From positions 18,228,001 to 18,292,000 of the forward strand of contig NC_043005.1 of NCBI RefSeq assembly GCF_006345805.1: a stretch of 64,000 nt of DNA. Reading direction: 5' to 3'. The notes beneath the pieces are model-generated. The model did no database searches, was not told where the DNA came from, and was given only the letters and a program-made list of their open reading frames with translations. Shown one piece after another: positions 39,575 to 53,572 of this stretch (its first letter is position 1; each line of letters starts with the position of its first letter). The position numbers and the translations under genes are program-made. This DNA comes from Octopus sinensis. Lineage: Eukaryota.

Positions 39575-39735
39575 CTGTCAAGGAATTATTGGAAACCAAT
39601 TGCACATGGCTATGATGTGTAGGGAATTGATTGATGGTGAGATACCGCTAGATGTATTTCTACAGGAAATGGATAACATCAATATTGCAAGAGTAAAAGA
39701 TATCTCTTTGGGAACCATAGTAATCGCAAAGGATT
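39575..39735 (+). mobile_element. Possible extreme 3' end of an RLE-type LINE running into (ACAT)n
   Basis: DGEIPLDVFLQEMDNINIARVKDISLGTIVIAKD resembles the LG.IP..L......NI..VQK..LLGT..I.K terminus of R4/Dong ORFs. Confidence 0.4.
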
Positions 39736-39799
39736 ACATACATTCATGTATACATACATACATACATATATACATACATACATACATTCATACATACAT

Positions 39800-39832
<33 letters not shown>

Positions 39833-39919
39833 TACATACATACATACATACATACATACATACATACATACATACATACTACATACATACATACATACAT
39901 ACATACATACATACATACA

Positions 39920-39956
<37 letters not shown>

Positions 39957-40100
39957 TACATACATACATACATACATACATACCTACATACATACATACA
40001 TACATAATACATACACACACATACATACATACATACATACATACATACACACACATACATACATACATACATAATATTTACATGCATACATACATACATA
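39736..40100. repeat. (ACAT)n tract, inverted relative to 39046-39262
   Basis: Direct reading. Confidence 0.95.
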
Positions 40101-41011
40101 AATGACACTTCTCAATTTTTGCCCATGGCGGATAGTGACTGATATACCTTACAATAGTGAGTATTTGCTTGGTAAATATGACCACAAAATCTGTAAATGT
40201 GTTCTGACATGAAAATAATCTACCAAGTCGCCAAGCTCGTTAATTCTAAGATTAGCCGAAGGCTATTTTGCTTAGGAAAAAAAACAACGGACATTTCTCA
40301 TAAGTTCTGTTCTTGATACAGAATTCATTCCGGATTCTTATCATTAATATATTAGTCATTATTCACTAGATACATCACTTTCTTTTCCTTTTGTCTTGCA
40401 TCTGGTGGAAGTTTATTCTAATCTTTTGATCTTCAGATTTATTATTAAATGTTCAAAGTATTACTTACGCATTGAATAATTATCACTACATCAATAGAAG
40501 ATAAACATGGAAATCAAATGCAAGGGAAAACTCGTCGATTGAAGATACATATATGTATGTATATATACACACACGCGCGTGCATATGTATTAATGTTTGT
40601 TTTGAGCCAAGTTATATATAAAGAATTATTTAACTTTAAATTGAATTATTAATCACTTCTTTCTAACGTAGTATATATCTATTAACTTTTACATGAAAAA
40701 TGTTGACAATATCTTGTGGCCACACTCCAATGATTGACGCTAGTAGATGAATAAATAATTAAATGGACTAATATACCGAAAAGGGATAGAAATTGAATAT
40801 TAGATCTCTTTGCTCTTGAAAGGACCGACAACGAAACTGCTCAAATAGGAAAAATATAACCAATGAAAAAAGTAATAATAACAAATTAATGAAAATATAT
40901 GGAACTATGCTAAAGTATAAAGAATCGTTATGAAAAGCGTCTACACTTCTTTGAAGCAAATAAACAATTCATCTTCAAGATAAAACGAGATTTCAAAAAG
41001 ATTAGGTACAC

Positions 41012-41160
<149 letters not shown>

Positions 41161-41427
41161 AAATTTTCTGTTCTTCTGTCTGGGTTCAACCCATACTTAG
41201 AAAGTCTGGCCTTGTCCTAATCTTTTACGCCGATTCAGTTTGAAAATTGCGATAAAGCTTTATGTATACGAGTAATACTTTCGCACACATTAATTTCATA
41301 ACTAAAAAGTAATTCAATGGCTCATGCTTAAATTTACTCGACAGAAACTGTGTGAAACTACGTCGCACATATGTGCATATATATGTGTTTCCATGTGTAC
41401 CCCATATCGCTTGACAATCGAACGAAT

Positions 41428-41481
41428 AATCGACAGAATAAGCACAATCAACAGAATAAGCACAATCGACAGAATAAGCAC
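41428..41481 (+). repeat. 18-bp minisatellite, 3 copies (aatcgacagaataagcac), apparently SINE-C derived
   Basis: Preceded by tcgcttgacaatcg; the unit resembles the SINE motif cga.agaataagtac. Confidence 0.75.
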
Positions 41482-41689
41482 CAAACTCTAAAAATAATTA
41501 CTGAGATTTTTTTCTGTTCGACTAAAACTCTTCGGGGTGGTGCCCGTTTTTTCCCGCAGTCTAATACGTGAAACAGTTTATAGTAAATCGACAATATCAG
41601 GATGTCGTTCGTTTTTGGATCTCTTAGACATAAAAACATTAGGACATAAGAACACTAATTAGACATAAAAACACTAAGAACAACAAAAC

Positions 41690-42700
41690 ATAACACCACA
41701 GCTCATCCCAAAACATTACTATTTATATCACCACACAACCCCAGAAGCAGTAAGGCATTCAACACTATTGTGCAAAATCTTGCTTTACTAACTGGAGATC
41801 CAAAAATGAACGACATCCTGAAAACACAAACTCATCAAATGCAAAAAGCAAGATAAATCGCTAAAGAGACTACTAACAAATACGAAGCTTTACAAAACAA
41901 CCACGAAACCAACGGTTGAAAAATATGGACGCCCAAACTGTGGAACCTGCCCCAACCTACTTGACGGCTCGGATTTACTATTCAAACAAGGACAGTGGTT
42001 CACAATTAAAACTAGTTTCACTTGTGCCTCTGAGAGCCTAATTTATGTAATAACCTGCTCGGATTGCGGCCACAACTGTATTGGACAAACGAGTATGACT
42101 TTGAGAAAGGGAACCAATCTACATAAATAGCTAATCCGTTTCCCGCAATACAGGCAAATTCCTCTCAGTGAACATATAGAAAAATGTGCAGTTAACATCA
42201 AACCAAATTTCCCAGTCTTCTTATTCTACCAGTGCAAAGATACAATCTCTCCACAAGAACGTTTAAATAAAGAAACTTTTTTCATTAAAAAATACAAAAC
42301 ACGTCTTAATATGCACGCATAACCAACTCTTATCTTTTTACATATTTTAATCCACGATTACATCACTGTACATAAATCCCCTCACTAAACAAGTTTTTCG
42401 AAACTTGTTTTTGTCTGTACATATATATTCCCCTCCCATTACCGAAAGCTGAACAGCTATCTGCCTTATCCACAACAATAACAATAATAACGATAACCAA
42501 TTACCTCCCTTTATTTTTTCTACTTGTGAAGTCATTCACTCGTAAATATCATCATACACAAAATGGACAAAATTAATTCTTAAGAAAAATTACATATTTA
42601 AATAAATAAAACATAGTATCATGAATAGCGATAGCGAAACCGGTCGATATATTAAAAATTATATTAAAACTATGTAAGTGTGCGTATTTTCCTTTTTTAA
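41690..42700 (+). mobile_element. 5'-truncated Penelope-like element: GIY-YIG endonuclease remnant plus 3' pseudo-LTR
   Basis: GRPNCGTCPNL...FTCASESLIYVITCSDCGHNCIGQTSMTLRK...HK*...LSEHIEKC...ERLNKETFFIKKY...LN; stop at 42322. Confidence 0.9.
42617..42649 (+). ncRNA. Decayed minimal hammerhead in the Penelope 3' region
   Basis: UAUC AUGAAUA GC(GAUA)GC GAAAC CG GUC GAUA; all three stems intact, stem III palindrome ACCGGU; core differs from CUGAAGA at two positions. Confidence 0.6.
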
Positions 42701-42926
42701 TTTCTGATATATATATATATATATATATATACATACACACATATGTATATATATATATATAATATTTCTTTTTCCTTGTCTAATTATATTTACAATATAT
42801 TTTGTATAATGTCTTTGCTGTTATGTAATGGTGTAATAAAGTATTGATTGGGTATTATCTGATGGTTGATGTTTGATTGATTTAAGTATGTTTCTCCATT
42901 TTCTAATTTTGTATATATATATATAT

Positions 42927-42982
<56 letters not shown>

Positions 42983-43052
42983 TATATATATATATATAGA
43001 CATATATGTATATATATGTATATGTAATATGTCATAATTATTTAGTAGCCAA

Positions 43053-43113
43053 GATGAAACTCTGAGTTTCGGATGCCGAGGTGGAAATCCATGCCACCAC
43101 CTCTTCAGTTATC
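43053..43113 (-). ncRNA. Type-I hammerhead candidate (left arm)
   Basis: GAUAA CUGAAGA GG...CC GAAAC UCAGA GUU UCAUC; one mismatch in stem I. Confidence 0.5.
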
Positions 43114-43158
43114 CGGCCATCGGAAAAAACGCTATGAAAAATGACAGTTAAATGAAAA

Positions 43159-43217
43159 ATAACTGAAGAGATAGTGGCGTGGATTTCCACCTCGGCATCC
43201 GAAACTCGGAGTTTTAT
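43159..43217 (+). ncRNA. Type-I hammerhead candidate (right arm)
   Basis: AUAA CUGAAGA G...C GAAAC UCGGA GUU UUAU; stem III ACUC-G-GAGU; base of stem II imperfect. Confidence 0.5.
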
Positions 43218-43312
43218 CTTGGCTACCGACGAAATGTCACATTTACAGATAAATTCCTCTATTTACATAATATCGAGTTCTCTTTCTTTCTTTTGTACGT
43301 ATATGTATATAC

Positions 43313-43667
<355 letters not shown>

Positions 43668-44338
43668 ACCTCCGAAATGATATCTGTCAAATATTTGGAA
43701 GATATGCACAAGAAAACGAAACCTGATTATTTCAAAATATAAGCATGAAAAAAATCATTGTTCGTATTTAATTCCGTGTCAGGGCTGATTAAGTAAACGT
43801 GTTGTCGATTCCATTTCAACCAGGGCTATTCTGTTTTTCTCAGGAAATGAATGTGCCTGACTAGAGTGTTCCAATTTCTTAAGTGTGTTAATTGTGATGT
43901 GTGTGAAATTTGACTGCTATTTCTAGCAGATACCGTGATCCCATATGGTGCCCAACATTTGTAACTAAATTGTTGCTCTTCATTTGTTAATTTCTGAATC
44001 GATTCTTTCCAGACACACACACACACAGCCACACACACACGCACACACTCACATACACGCACGTACACATAAATACACACACACTCCCTCTCTCTCCCAT
44101 GCCATATATATATATATATATATATACGCCCAAGAAGAGAGAAAAGATATGGATAAATAGTTAAGCTGTGTGTATGCATGTATATATGTATGTAGGTATG
44201 TATATATATGTGTGTATATGTATTCCACATATATATATATATTATATATATATATATATAATATATATATATATATATTATATATATATATATATGCATG
44301 TATATATATGTATATATGTATATACATGTATATATATT

Positions 44339-44381
<43 letters not shown>

Positions 44382-45352
44382 GTATGTATATATATATGCA
44401 CACACATACCTACATGTATGTGTGTGTGCGCAGTGTGTTTGTACGGGACATACACACGAGTATTCAATTTTTATTTTCTCAGAATTGACTAATTTCTTTA
44501 TAAAAATACGAAAGTGACATTTTCGTTTTAAACAGATATTGGCATTTCTCCGCAACATCTATGTAGAATACTGCGTGCATTCTTTTTTATGGTTATATTC
44601 AAATATATTATTAACATTTAAAGTTAGATTTTCTGACAGATTAAAACGAAAAAAATAATTACTTAGTATAAGTGTGAAATCAACATATATTTAACCTTTT
44701 CTATTTATGAATATTTTGTTTTTAAAGTTTGACTCATCTGTTAAAATAATAGTTATTAATGTTCTGTACATTGCCTTGCTATAAGTATAATGAAGATGCT
44801 AACCGAAGCAATAAGTTTTCAAGCGAAGAATCACGATTACAAGTGTAATTTGCACACAGCTATATTTTTGCACATATTCATTAGATATATGTAAAGGCAA
44901 AATGACTTACGTCTCACACATAAACATACGCAGTGGTATTTAAACGGAAGCCGGACGTATAGAAGAAATGAACTAAATTCAAATATGGTCACAGGAAGTT
45001 GATGATGATGATGATGTGAGTTATAATTCGTTTTGTGATTTGATTGTGTAGTTGATAACTATATTGAAAATAGTACCAAAATCGCCTCATGTTTTTGAAG
45101 ATATTTTAAAAACTGAAGCTGAAGCTGAAGATTATTTTTATTCGTTCTAAACTAAAATACGCTTTGGTTTACTAAAGAAAAAAAATGTTTATTTAAGCAT
45201 ATAAACTTTTAATCATCTCCACCCGTTATAGAAGATGCTAAACGATGCAGATAAAGCTTGTAACAACCAACTCTTCCCGTAATAATATTCTAAAGTTGCA
45301 TCCTGCAGTTGACAGAAGACTGTTAAGTTTACATTCTTTGTACATTTTCTGT

Positions 45353-45686
45353 GTGGAGGCGCAATGGCCCAGTGGTTAGGGCAGCGGACTCGCGGTCATA
45401 GGATCGCGGTTTCGATTCTCAGACCGGGCGTTGTGAGTGTTTATTGAGCGAAAACACCTAAAAGCTCCACGAGGCTCCGGCAGGGGATGGTGGTGATCCC
45501 TGCTGTACTCTTTCACCCCAACTTTCTCTCACTCTTACTTCCTGTTTCTGTTGCACCTGTATCTCAAAGGGCCGGCCTTGTCACTCTCTGTGTCACGCTG
45601 AATATCCCCGTGTCTGTGGAGTGCTCAGCCACTTACACGTTAATTTCACGAGCAGGCTGTTCCGTTGATTCGGATCAACCGGAACC
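45353..45686 (+). mobile_element. SINE family A with an internal deletion of about 22 bp and no 3' tail
   Basis: gtggaggcgcaatggcccagtggttagggcagcggactcgcgg head; ends at ggaacc. Confidence 0.88.
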
Positions 45687-48600
45687 TTGAAATTAGGTTT
45701 GGAAAATGTTTGCTAATGAAGCTATATTACGTTAGATGTTACGTTAGAGAGTTAGTTCAAAGAGAGACTACGAACTATTTGTGAATCAACGGACTGGGCA
45801 TGCGCAACACATAAAAAGTTTTAGAAAGAAATATTACGAACGTATTAGATTAATATTTAGAAGAAAACCAAAAGCTATAAGTAGATATTACATATGAATA
45901 TTGTAGCTGCACCACTAGCAGACTTTAATAGCAATATCCTCGATTTAAGTACATTTGAAGAAGTAGAGAATAAGCATCAAGGAAAGCAAGTCTGCATTTT
46001 AAATACGTAATTAAAAATCGACCGAGAATTATTATAGTTGTCAAGAAAACCAGAACCGAGGAGTTATATGCAACTAGAGAACTATTATTAAATATTTACT
46101 GCAAGATTACAAGAATAATTCTAACGAATAAGGGAAGACAAATATAAATAGTTACAGAACGCAGACGTAACAAAAAGAATGTGTTGCCTTCAAAGAACTC
46201 AATAATTATAAAGAAAAAATGTGATGGCCAGACGGCTGGGAGGAGAATAAAGAAAAACAAATAGAACTTGATCACCCTAGCTAATTCACTTATCACATTT
46301 TCAACTGGAATATCCCACGCACAAACTCAACTCACGCATCCTCAAGTAAAATAACTTTCTTTCGACTCAACGCTCATCTCCCCTAACACTACAACTACCC
46401 ACCTTTGACCGAGAGAAAATAAAGTAAGGAGAGGTCAAACGTACGAGACAGTGCATTACACATAGTGCGTGTTGTGAGTATGTAAAATTTCGTTCTGAGT
46501 CTACGCAAATTGTTCAAATCAATAGATATTTTATGATTTGCATGTAAATTGGAATCAACAGCAATGATGTCGAGTGTAATTACTCATTAAACACGCTGTT
46601 AGCTTTCCAATTTGCTGCAGTGTAAGATCTTTGTATCAACACAGACATAAAACTAATTGCAGCCAAATCTAGAGAACTTCCAATCCAAACACGAACAGCT
46701 ATTGATGCAGACAAAAAGAAGTCTTGGTGAATATTTACCGAAAGAGGTAAAGAAAAGCAAACGAAAATGAACAGAACTGTGTTCGATTTCAAAACACATA
46801 CTTCCCTAATTGAGTTTGCAAATATCTACCTCCCTTCCTAGCCGCAAGAAACACTGGATTTAACTTTAAGCAAACTGTTAAATAAATGAAATCAAACGAA
46901 ATGTTGTTCTCTCTACATGAATGGCCAGACTTTCAATGTATTTTACTTCACGAGCTATTATTATACCCATTAACATTCGAAAGAAACTATGTTACACATA
47001 TATAAGTGTGTTTGTGTGCGTGTGTCCGTCCGTGTGTGTGTGAGTGTGTGTCCGTGTGTGTGTGTGTGTGTGTGAACCTATTTTGATTGCATTTTGGTTT
47101 TCGTGTAACTTATATTTCTTTTATCGTATAAGCCATATCTCATATAGAGTATGACTTATTGAAATATATATAACCCAAGATAAAAGTTAATTTAAAACAG
47201 ACGTTATTCACCATGAATTTCACTGCCGTTTATTGGTTACCTCTACATATGGTCTGCCAATTTTTCAAGAGCATTCATTGCAGTAGTATTAGGTATTAAT
47301 TGCAGCTTCTCATGCATAGTCAGCTACTTATAATGCTGCACTATATAATTTGCATTAAATTACTATTTTCTCCGAAACTATATACGTATCAAGAAAATAT
47401 CTCAAAACGTCAATGATTATAAGTAGAATAATATAATTGAAAATATTCTAGTGAAAACTTTTTAAAATAGATCTTGTAATCTGAGTAGTACGATGCAGCA
47501 AAAATTCAGTAGATGCTTCATTAGTTCGTAGTGTCAAATTAATTGCAATTCTGGATGTCACACTACCGTAGTACTTAACCAACAATCTTTTACATAACTA
47601 GCTAACAAATGTTACGCACAACCATTCAGAGATGAAAAGTTTTGATAAGTTCGGTTATGCAATCTTTCAGTACAGAAGCTATGCAGGCAAGAGTCTTAGA
47701 AAGAAAGGAAGTGCTCCGTGGTTCTTTCGAGGCTCAGCAGTTTGAAACGCGTTCCATTTTACTTACACTAAAAATAAGCAATATTACCTTTCTTTCCAAA
47801 GCCGGAAATAAATATTTGAGTTCAGTGAGACGCAGTTACAGAAGACTCCTTTTTACAGCTGGGATATATTTCAGGATTTGAAAATCCTTTCAGTGAAGTC
47901 TACAGCACAATTTTCTTCTTGAAGAGCAGAATCAGAAGTCTGAGAATCTTTCATGGCAATCTGGATGATGAATCCAAAGCTAGAATTTTGTTTTTCTGCG
48001 GAATGTTTTATATACGAGCAGAAGAGATTCAGGTTACAAATGAATCGCAAACATATTCCCCTTTGTGCGTGAGATTTTTGATGTCAGAGTTTATTCTATA
48101 GACTTCAACTTCGTGAGTTGATGTTTTGTATGCAAGTGATGAGTTTGTGTCGTGCTATGGTTTCACTGGCAGGTTGAAGGAAGGCTCTTTTTTAAAATTT
48201 CTTTTTCAGACTGTTGAGGCGACATCGTAGGCAGAGTACTCTGAAATAATTTCAAAATTTTCAGAAGAATCGAACCAAATTTCGCAATGAGTCTGATAAA
48301 AGTAACTAGTTTCTTCGAAAATAGTTTTACCCGCCGCATAAACAGACAACAAATACCTCATGTTTGGTTAGTGCCACATTGAATTTTACAGGTCAAAGTT
48401 TACTTGTTATAACCAATGATTGTAATTTTAGTAAACTAAAATAAAGTATGAATAACTCAAAATGAAAATAGCTTTAAACCAAGCTCTAATACATTAAAAT
48501 TTCCCGTAACATCTTCTGGCAGAGTGTTGAGATAATAGCTTACAAAGTGTATTTTTTTTAGCTTTAGTAGCAGGAAGTAACATCATGCACACGAAGAGAT

Positions 48601-49399
48601 TCAACTATGTCTATTGTTATAAAAGATTATTTATATAAAATTGTTACACTTGACGAATATATAGAATACTTGAGATGTGAATAATTTTCTAAAACCATAA
48701 CAAAAGTTTGAGAATCTGCGTACAAAAATATTTTCTGTATTTGTTTTCTTTACTGACAAAAGAATTGCAGTCGTCTTAGTTTCAGTAATATATAAGTTAA
48801 TAGAGCAGACAGAATAGAGATCAATGAAAAAAGAAAATAACAATTCTTCACAAGTAGTAGCATATAATTTCTCTGTGTATGAAGATGTGGAATGTGCAAA
48901 AATAATGGTAGTAGGATATAAGAAGCAATGACGAACTTGTCTGTTACCACCAAATTTTCACCTGGTCTACATACAAGCCTAGGTACCTGACCTATATTAT
49001 CCGAAATATCTCTCATCTTAGATTTTATCATCAAGTCTCACCCAACGTTGTCACAACCGCAGTTGTTACAAAGAAATCTTTTCTAAAATAAACACAATCA
49101 TAGATCTTACTAGCATGTCGTGTCACAGTACACACAATCCTAGACATTACTGCCTAGTTCTACCTGATCAACTCACAATTTTAGATGTTGCAAACATGTC
49201 TTCCCTCATTTAAACACAGCGCGTCGATATTACCATCACTTGTTACATTAATCTATCATTAATACTTCTATATGTAATTTCGGTCCTCATCAAATTTAAA
49301 TGAACGGTTAATGCTCTTATTGTTGTTAAATCCAATCCTTTTCCGCTTCATAGTCTTCCGTTGTTTACTTTAATGCAATCCTTGCCGAAGAACTGGCAG

Positions 49400-49950
49400 A
49401 TAGAAAAATATTAATGCCACACGACACCCACAAAATACTACGATGCTGTTCGGTGAGTAGGATTTCCAACACAGAAAGGTTTCTTTATTTATAATTCTGT
49501 TTCATGTAAGATTGTGGATCGGTCCGTAAACATCGTTGAGAGAATGTATCTCGTAGTTTCCAGTCCCTTTCACCGATATCGTCCATGTGTTACTAAAATA
49601 TAGAGGTGTTGCCACAAATCTTGCAGTATACAGCCGGACTCTCATGTGATTAGTGAAGTTCATTGTTGGCCACATTTGGTTCAAACGTTGCAGGAGACAA
49701 ATGCTTTGCCAGACCGGTTATTCATATCACTTCTTATCATTCTATAGCTATTAATCACACCATCCATGTTCCATATCCTGCCGTCTGTTAAATATAGAGA
49801 GTTGAAGTGTGAAATTTATCTTCGTCTCTTTGGTCTTTTCACAGCTAAACCTGAGCCTAATCCAGGATTCCGTCCCAGCCAGTTATTCACAGAGCACATT
49901 TTCAGTCTAAAAACACACAGAGAAACAATGCATAAAATTCCGGCAGAGCC
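49400..49950 (-). mobile_element. Old LINE (RTE/L2-like) RT C-terminal remnant
   Basis: NRSGKAF.LLQRLNQMWPTMNFTNHMRVRLYTARFVATPLYFSNTWT...FSQRCLR. Confidence 0.45.
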
Positions 49951-50492
49951 TGTTGGTCAACTTCGTAAACTTCAAAAAATGCTTTTGATATTCATAGAAA
50001 ACTTTTACAGTAAAAAACCACGCAAACATATGGGGCCTTGAAATAGTACTCCAGGATTTCCAAGTTCTGTACAGGTTGGGATAGACACTGAATACTCTAA
50101 CTGCATTCAGAGCTACATCCTCTTTGTACCGTTCATCCTGTCAGCAGCTGAACCTTGTGTAAAGGGAGATAATTAATGGGGTCAAAGCAGGCGTGCGGAG
50201 GAGGGTAGTAGTACGACTTTGCGATCTAGTCTTCAACGATAATGAGCTGATAAAAACACTCATACTATAACCTTCCCACTTTATTTCTCTGTCTTTGTAC
50301 TCTGTATCAGTTTGCTCTATTAATATACAAACAGCTATATATAAATATTTATACTTGAATATTCATCGTCTGAAAGTTCTCAGTCTTTGCTTTCTCTCTA
50401 TTAACATATATTCATATAGATATACATTTTGTACATCAAACGCAAGCTGTTTTAATTGTTTATATGCATCGATTTTTTTATTCAGCTGTCTG

Positions 50493-50596
<104 letters not shown>

Positions 50597-50619
50597 ACTA
50601 TCTATCTTTATATATAGAA

Positions 50620-50664
<45 letters not shown>

Positions 50665-50801
50665 ATATATATATTCTTCTACTTGTTTCGGTCATTTGAC
50701 TGCGGTCATGCTGGAGCATTTTTGGATTGGAGTCAATTCAAAATTATAGATAGTATTTATGGAATTTTTATTTACTGTCGGGTGACTTTTGGCCAAAACT
50801 G

Positions 50802-50842
<41 letters not shown>

Positions 50843-51004
50843 TATATATAAATAGGGAGAATTCACCAAAAAAACAAAAGACGAAGACAGGTGGTGTAGA
50901 CAACAAACAGATGTATTAGTATCTGAGGAAATTATAATTGGGTCATCTAAAGAGGAAATTATGAAATGAACTCCAGAAATGAAGCGCTGTTATACAGTAC
51001 TGCT

Positions 51005-51066
51005 TCTACTTCGCGGATTTTCACCTATCGCAGGTGTTTTTGGAATGAAACACCTGCGGAGGAAGG
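51005..51066. mobile_element. Tigger/pogo terminal-repeat fragment
   Basis: ctacttcgcggattttcacctatcgc resembles ctacttcgcggaaatacagttatcgc at about 60938. Confidence 0.5.
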
Positions 51067-51089
51067 TTTGTAGAAACAACAAACAGATG

Positions 51090-51150
<61 letters not shown>

Positions 51151-51360
51151 AAGTATGGGGGTTTAGTTTACCGGAGAACTACGCAGGATTGCACCTAAGG
51201 ACTCATGCTCTGGTTTCTATAACTTCGGAAAGTTGAATTATGAACTTCTATGCTTGTTTTTTTCTCTCTTTCCATCTCCTTATTCTTTTACTCCCTTCCT
51301 CTATGTTGTCATCTTATTCACATATACCATTCTCATTTTCCATATTTCTTTTCCCTATTT

Positions 51361-51417
51361 GTCTCTGATGACGGAATATCCCATACTCGGCGGATATCTC
51401 AGAAACAGCTGTAAGAT
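51361..51417 (+). ncRNA. Type-I hammerhead ribozyme
   Basis: GUCU CUGAUGA C-GGAAUAUCC(CAUACUCGGC)GGAUAUCUC-A GAAAC AGCU GUA AGAU; perfect stem III palindrome ACAGCUGU; predicted cut after 51413. Confidence 0.7.
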
Positions 51418-53429
51418 TTTGAATTTCTTTCTATTATAATATTGTGTATGACTTGAGCTGTTTGCCTTGTCTTAATGTTTGACGTCCTATTTAACAATTA
51501 TATATTCACCATGATAGATCGCATTTTTATTTTCTCTCCCTATTTTTCTCTGTGTTACTTTCTGTCGAAGAGCGTAGGCTCGAAACTTCCCCAGCGTTAA
51601 ACTAATACATCTGTTTGCTGTTTACACACTCGGCTTCGTTTTTTGGTTTTTTGTAAATTCTCACTTTATATATATACATACACAAGCGCACAGTGAACCA
51701 ATAGGCATACAAATACATAAATCATAAAAAATATGCGCACGTTAATACACATTGAACATATTATGTGTGACTGTAAAAACGCGGACAAAAAAACGCCTAT
51801 GGATTTAGACTGAATGTGAGAGAATCTGAAATCGAGGAAGTGAGAAAAATAAAGAAAAAAAGAGAGATAAAGAATCGTTAAGGTCGTAAAACTGTCTAAA
51901 TGTATTTGTCAGGAGATTGGTGTTTGGGCTAATTCATCAAATGCTGCTATGGTGATTGTTGAGTTAGTGAATAAAAGTGTATTTCTCCGACTGCGTAAAG
52001 AAGTAACTAACAACACTCGCGAAAAATGAAGAGAATATTTTATTACTGCATATAGTGATTTCTGTGTAAGTCCTGTACAAATATTAACAGCAATAATTGC
52101 GTAACGGGAGAGATATAGTGATTGGGGTATAAAACAAGTTCACTTTTATAGCAATTTCTGTCTGGCCCATCACAAGTGATAAATAATTGCGCTACTTTCG
52201 TGGCGATAAAAATTCCGGTCTACTATATGCCATCTGATTTGGCAATGAGATTGGAGAGTTCGTGCCGCTGTCTCAACATTCCGCGGTTACCACCAAAAAC
52301 CGTCTTTAAGTAGGGCACAAAAATACAAAGTTGTAGAAAATCTAATCACGCGATGGCTTCACGCTTATTAATGGCTTCACATACCGATTACATGAAACTG
52401 ATGCCTGGTGGTTTAATTAGGTAGTAATTATGGGGGAGGTAATTCATATTAGTGACGCTAGGGGTTTAATGTAAATATACAGGTATTCTAGAGAGAGAGA
52501 GGGTAAATCTTTTAAATTTCGAAATACTTTTCACATTTCTTAGATTAAGTAGGGTATTCCTAGATGAAATGATAAAAATAAGCCTCAGTTATACAAAGAA
52601 AACATCTTTTATTATTGACTTTGTATGCCGGTGTGAAAGCAATAATATCCTATCTAATATCAAATTCAAAATTATTATCTTTTAATTCTCATATAGATTT
52701 ACTTAATCCAATGGAATTCGCTTTCTGTCTTTTCTTAAAAGTTTGGAAATGATTCGCCACTCCAGTCTTAATTAGAGTTTCCATCGAGTCAATATAAAAA
52801 TATTTTTCCTGGAGCTATAACATTACATTTGTATACTACACTTTTTCTTTTACAGGGATTCCTAAACTTGGTCATTTTTAACTCTACAATCACAACGTCT
52901 ACTGTCTGTCTGAATCCCTTTTCATTTACGTATTTATTTTACTTTACTTTATCTTGTATTTCTTACTTTATCTTCCTTCAACGTTTTTCTCCATTTTTCT
53001 TTATCTTTCTGTTTATATTGCTCATTATATTTTTTTTTTATATTTTCATATTTTTGGGCAATACCATGTCAACTGCTCTTCTGTAAATCCGATCACCCTC
53101 TCTACTTATTATTATTCTTTTTACTTCAATCGCCTCCACCGCTCTATTATGTTACCTCTCTCTCTCTATCTACTTACTTCTCCCTTTAGCCGATTTCTGC
53201 TATCTCACACTATCGTTACATTATGAACCTTCGACATGGAAGTATTCTTCTTGGACACCTACAATATAAGGAATATTATGTTACCTGGATTGACATTGGG
53301 TTGTATCTAAAGCCTCATAGATTATAGGAAACTTAAACTGTGAACTTTTATATAATTTTTCCCTTTTTCTCTTTTTCTATATCTCCCCATCGTTTCGGTA
53401 ATCTATACCCTCACAGTTTCTCACCATCT

Positions 53430-53488
53430 GTCTCCGATAATGGGACACGCCATATGCTTTTGGGATATCCCTGAAACAGGTGTAAGAC
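53430..53488 (+). ncRNA. Decayed homologue of the 51361 hammerhead
   Basis: GUCU CCGAUAA U-GGGA...UCCC-U GAAAC AGGU GUA AGAC; core mutated. Confidence 0.5.
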
Positions 53489-53572
53489 TTTAAAAATTGC
53501 TTAATCTTTTTGAATAATAGCATAGATGACTTAAGATTTCTTGCCTTCGTGTTTGTTTTACTTTTTAACAAA

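Larger units (their letters stand above)
43045..43226. repeat. Inverted repeat (arms about 68 bp), each arm carrying a hammerhead motif
   Basis: gtagccaagatgaaactctgagtttcggatgccgaggtggaaatcc... versus ...ggatttccacctcggcatccgaaactcggagttttatcttggctac. Confidence 0.9.
50842..51669. mobile_element. Penelope-type pseudo-LTR pieces in inverted arrangement (50842-50921 versus 51601-51669) enclosing a hammerhead
   Basis: gagaattcacc...caacaaacagatgtattagt versus actaatacatctgtttgctg...aaattctc. Confidence 0.6.

Noticed and set aside
41428-41481. Short direct-repeat array resembling CRISPR
   Set aside because: Contiguous 18-bp units without spacers, eukaryotic context, SINE-derived.
45353-45430. 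tRNA-like sequence (also at 12218, 19490, 58980)
   Set aside because: SINE heads: A/B-box-like motifs continue into SINE bodies without a complete cloverleaf.
46536-46549. Overlapping octamer-like motifs ATTTGCAT/ATGTAAAT
   Set aside because: Short motifs are expected by chance in AT-rich DNA; no supporting promoter context.
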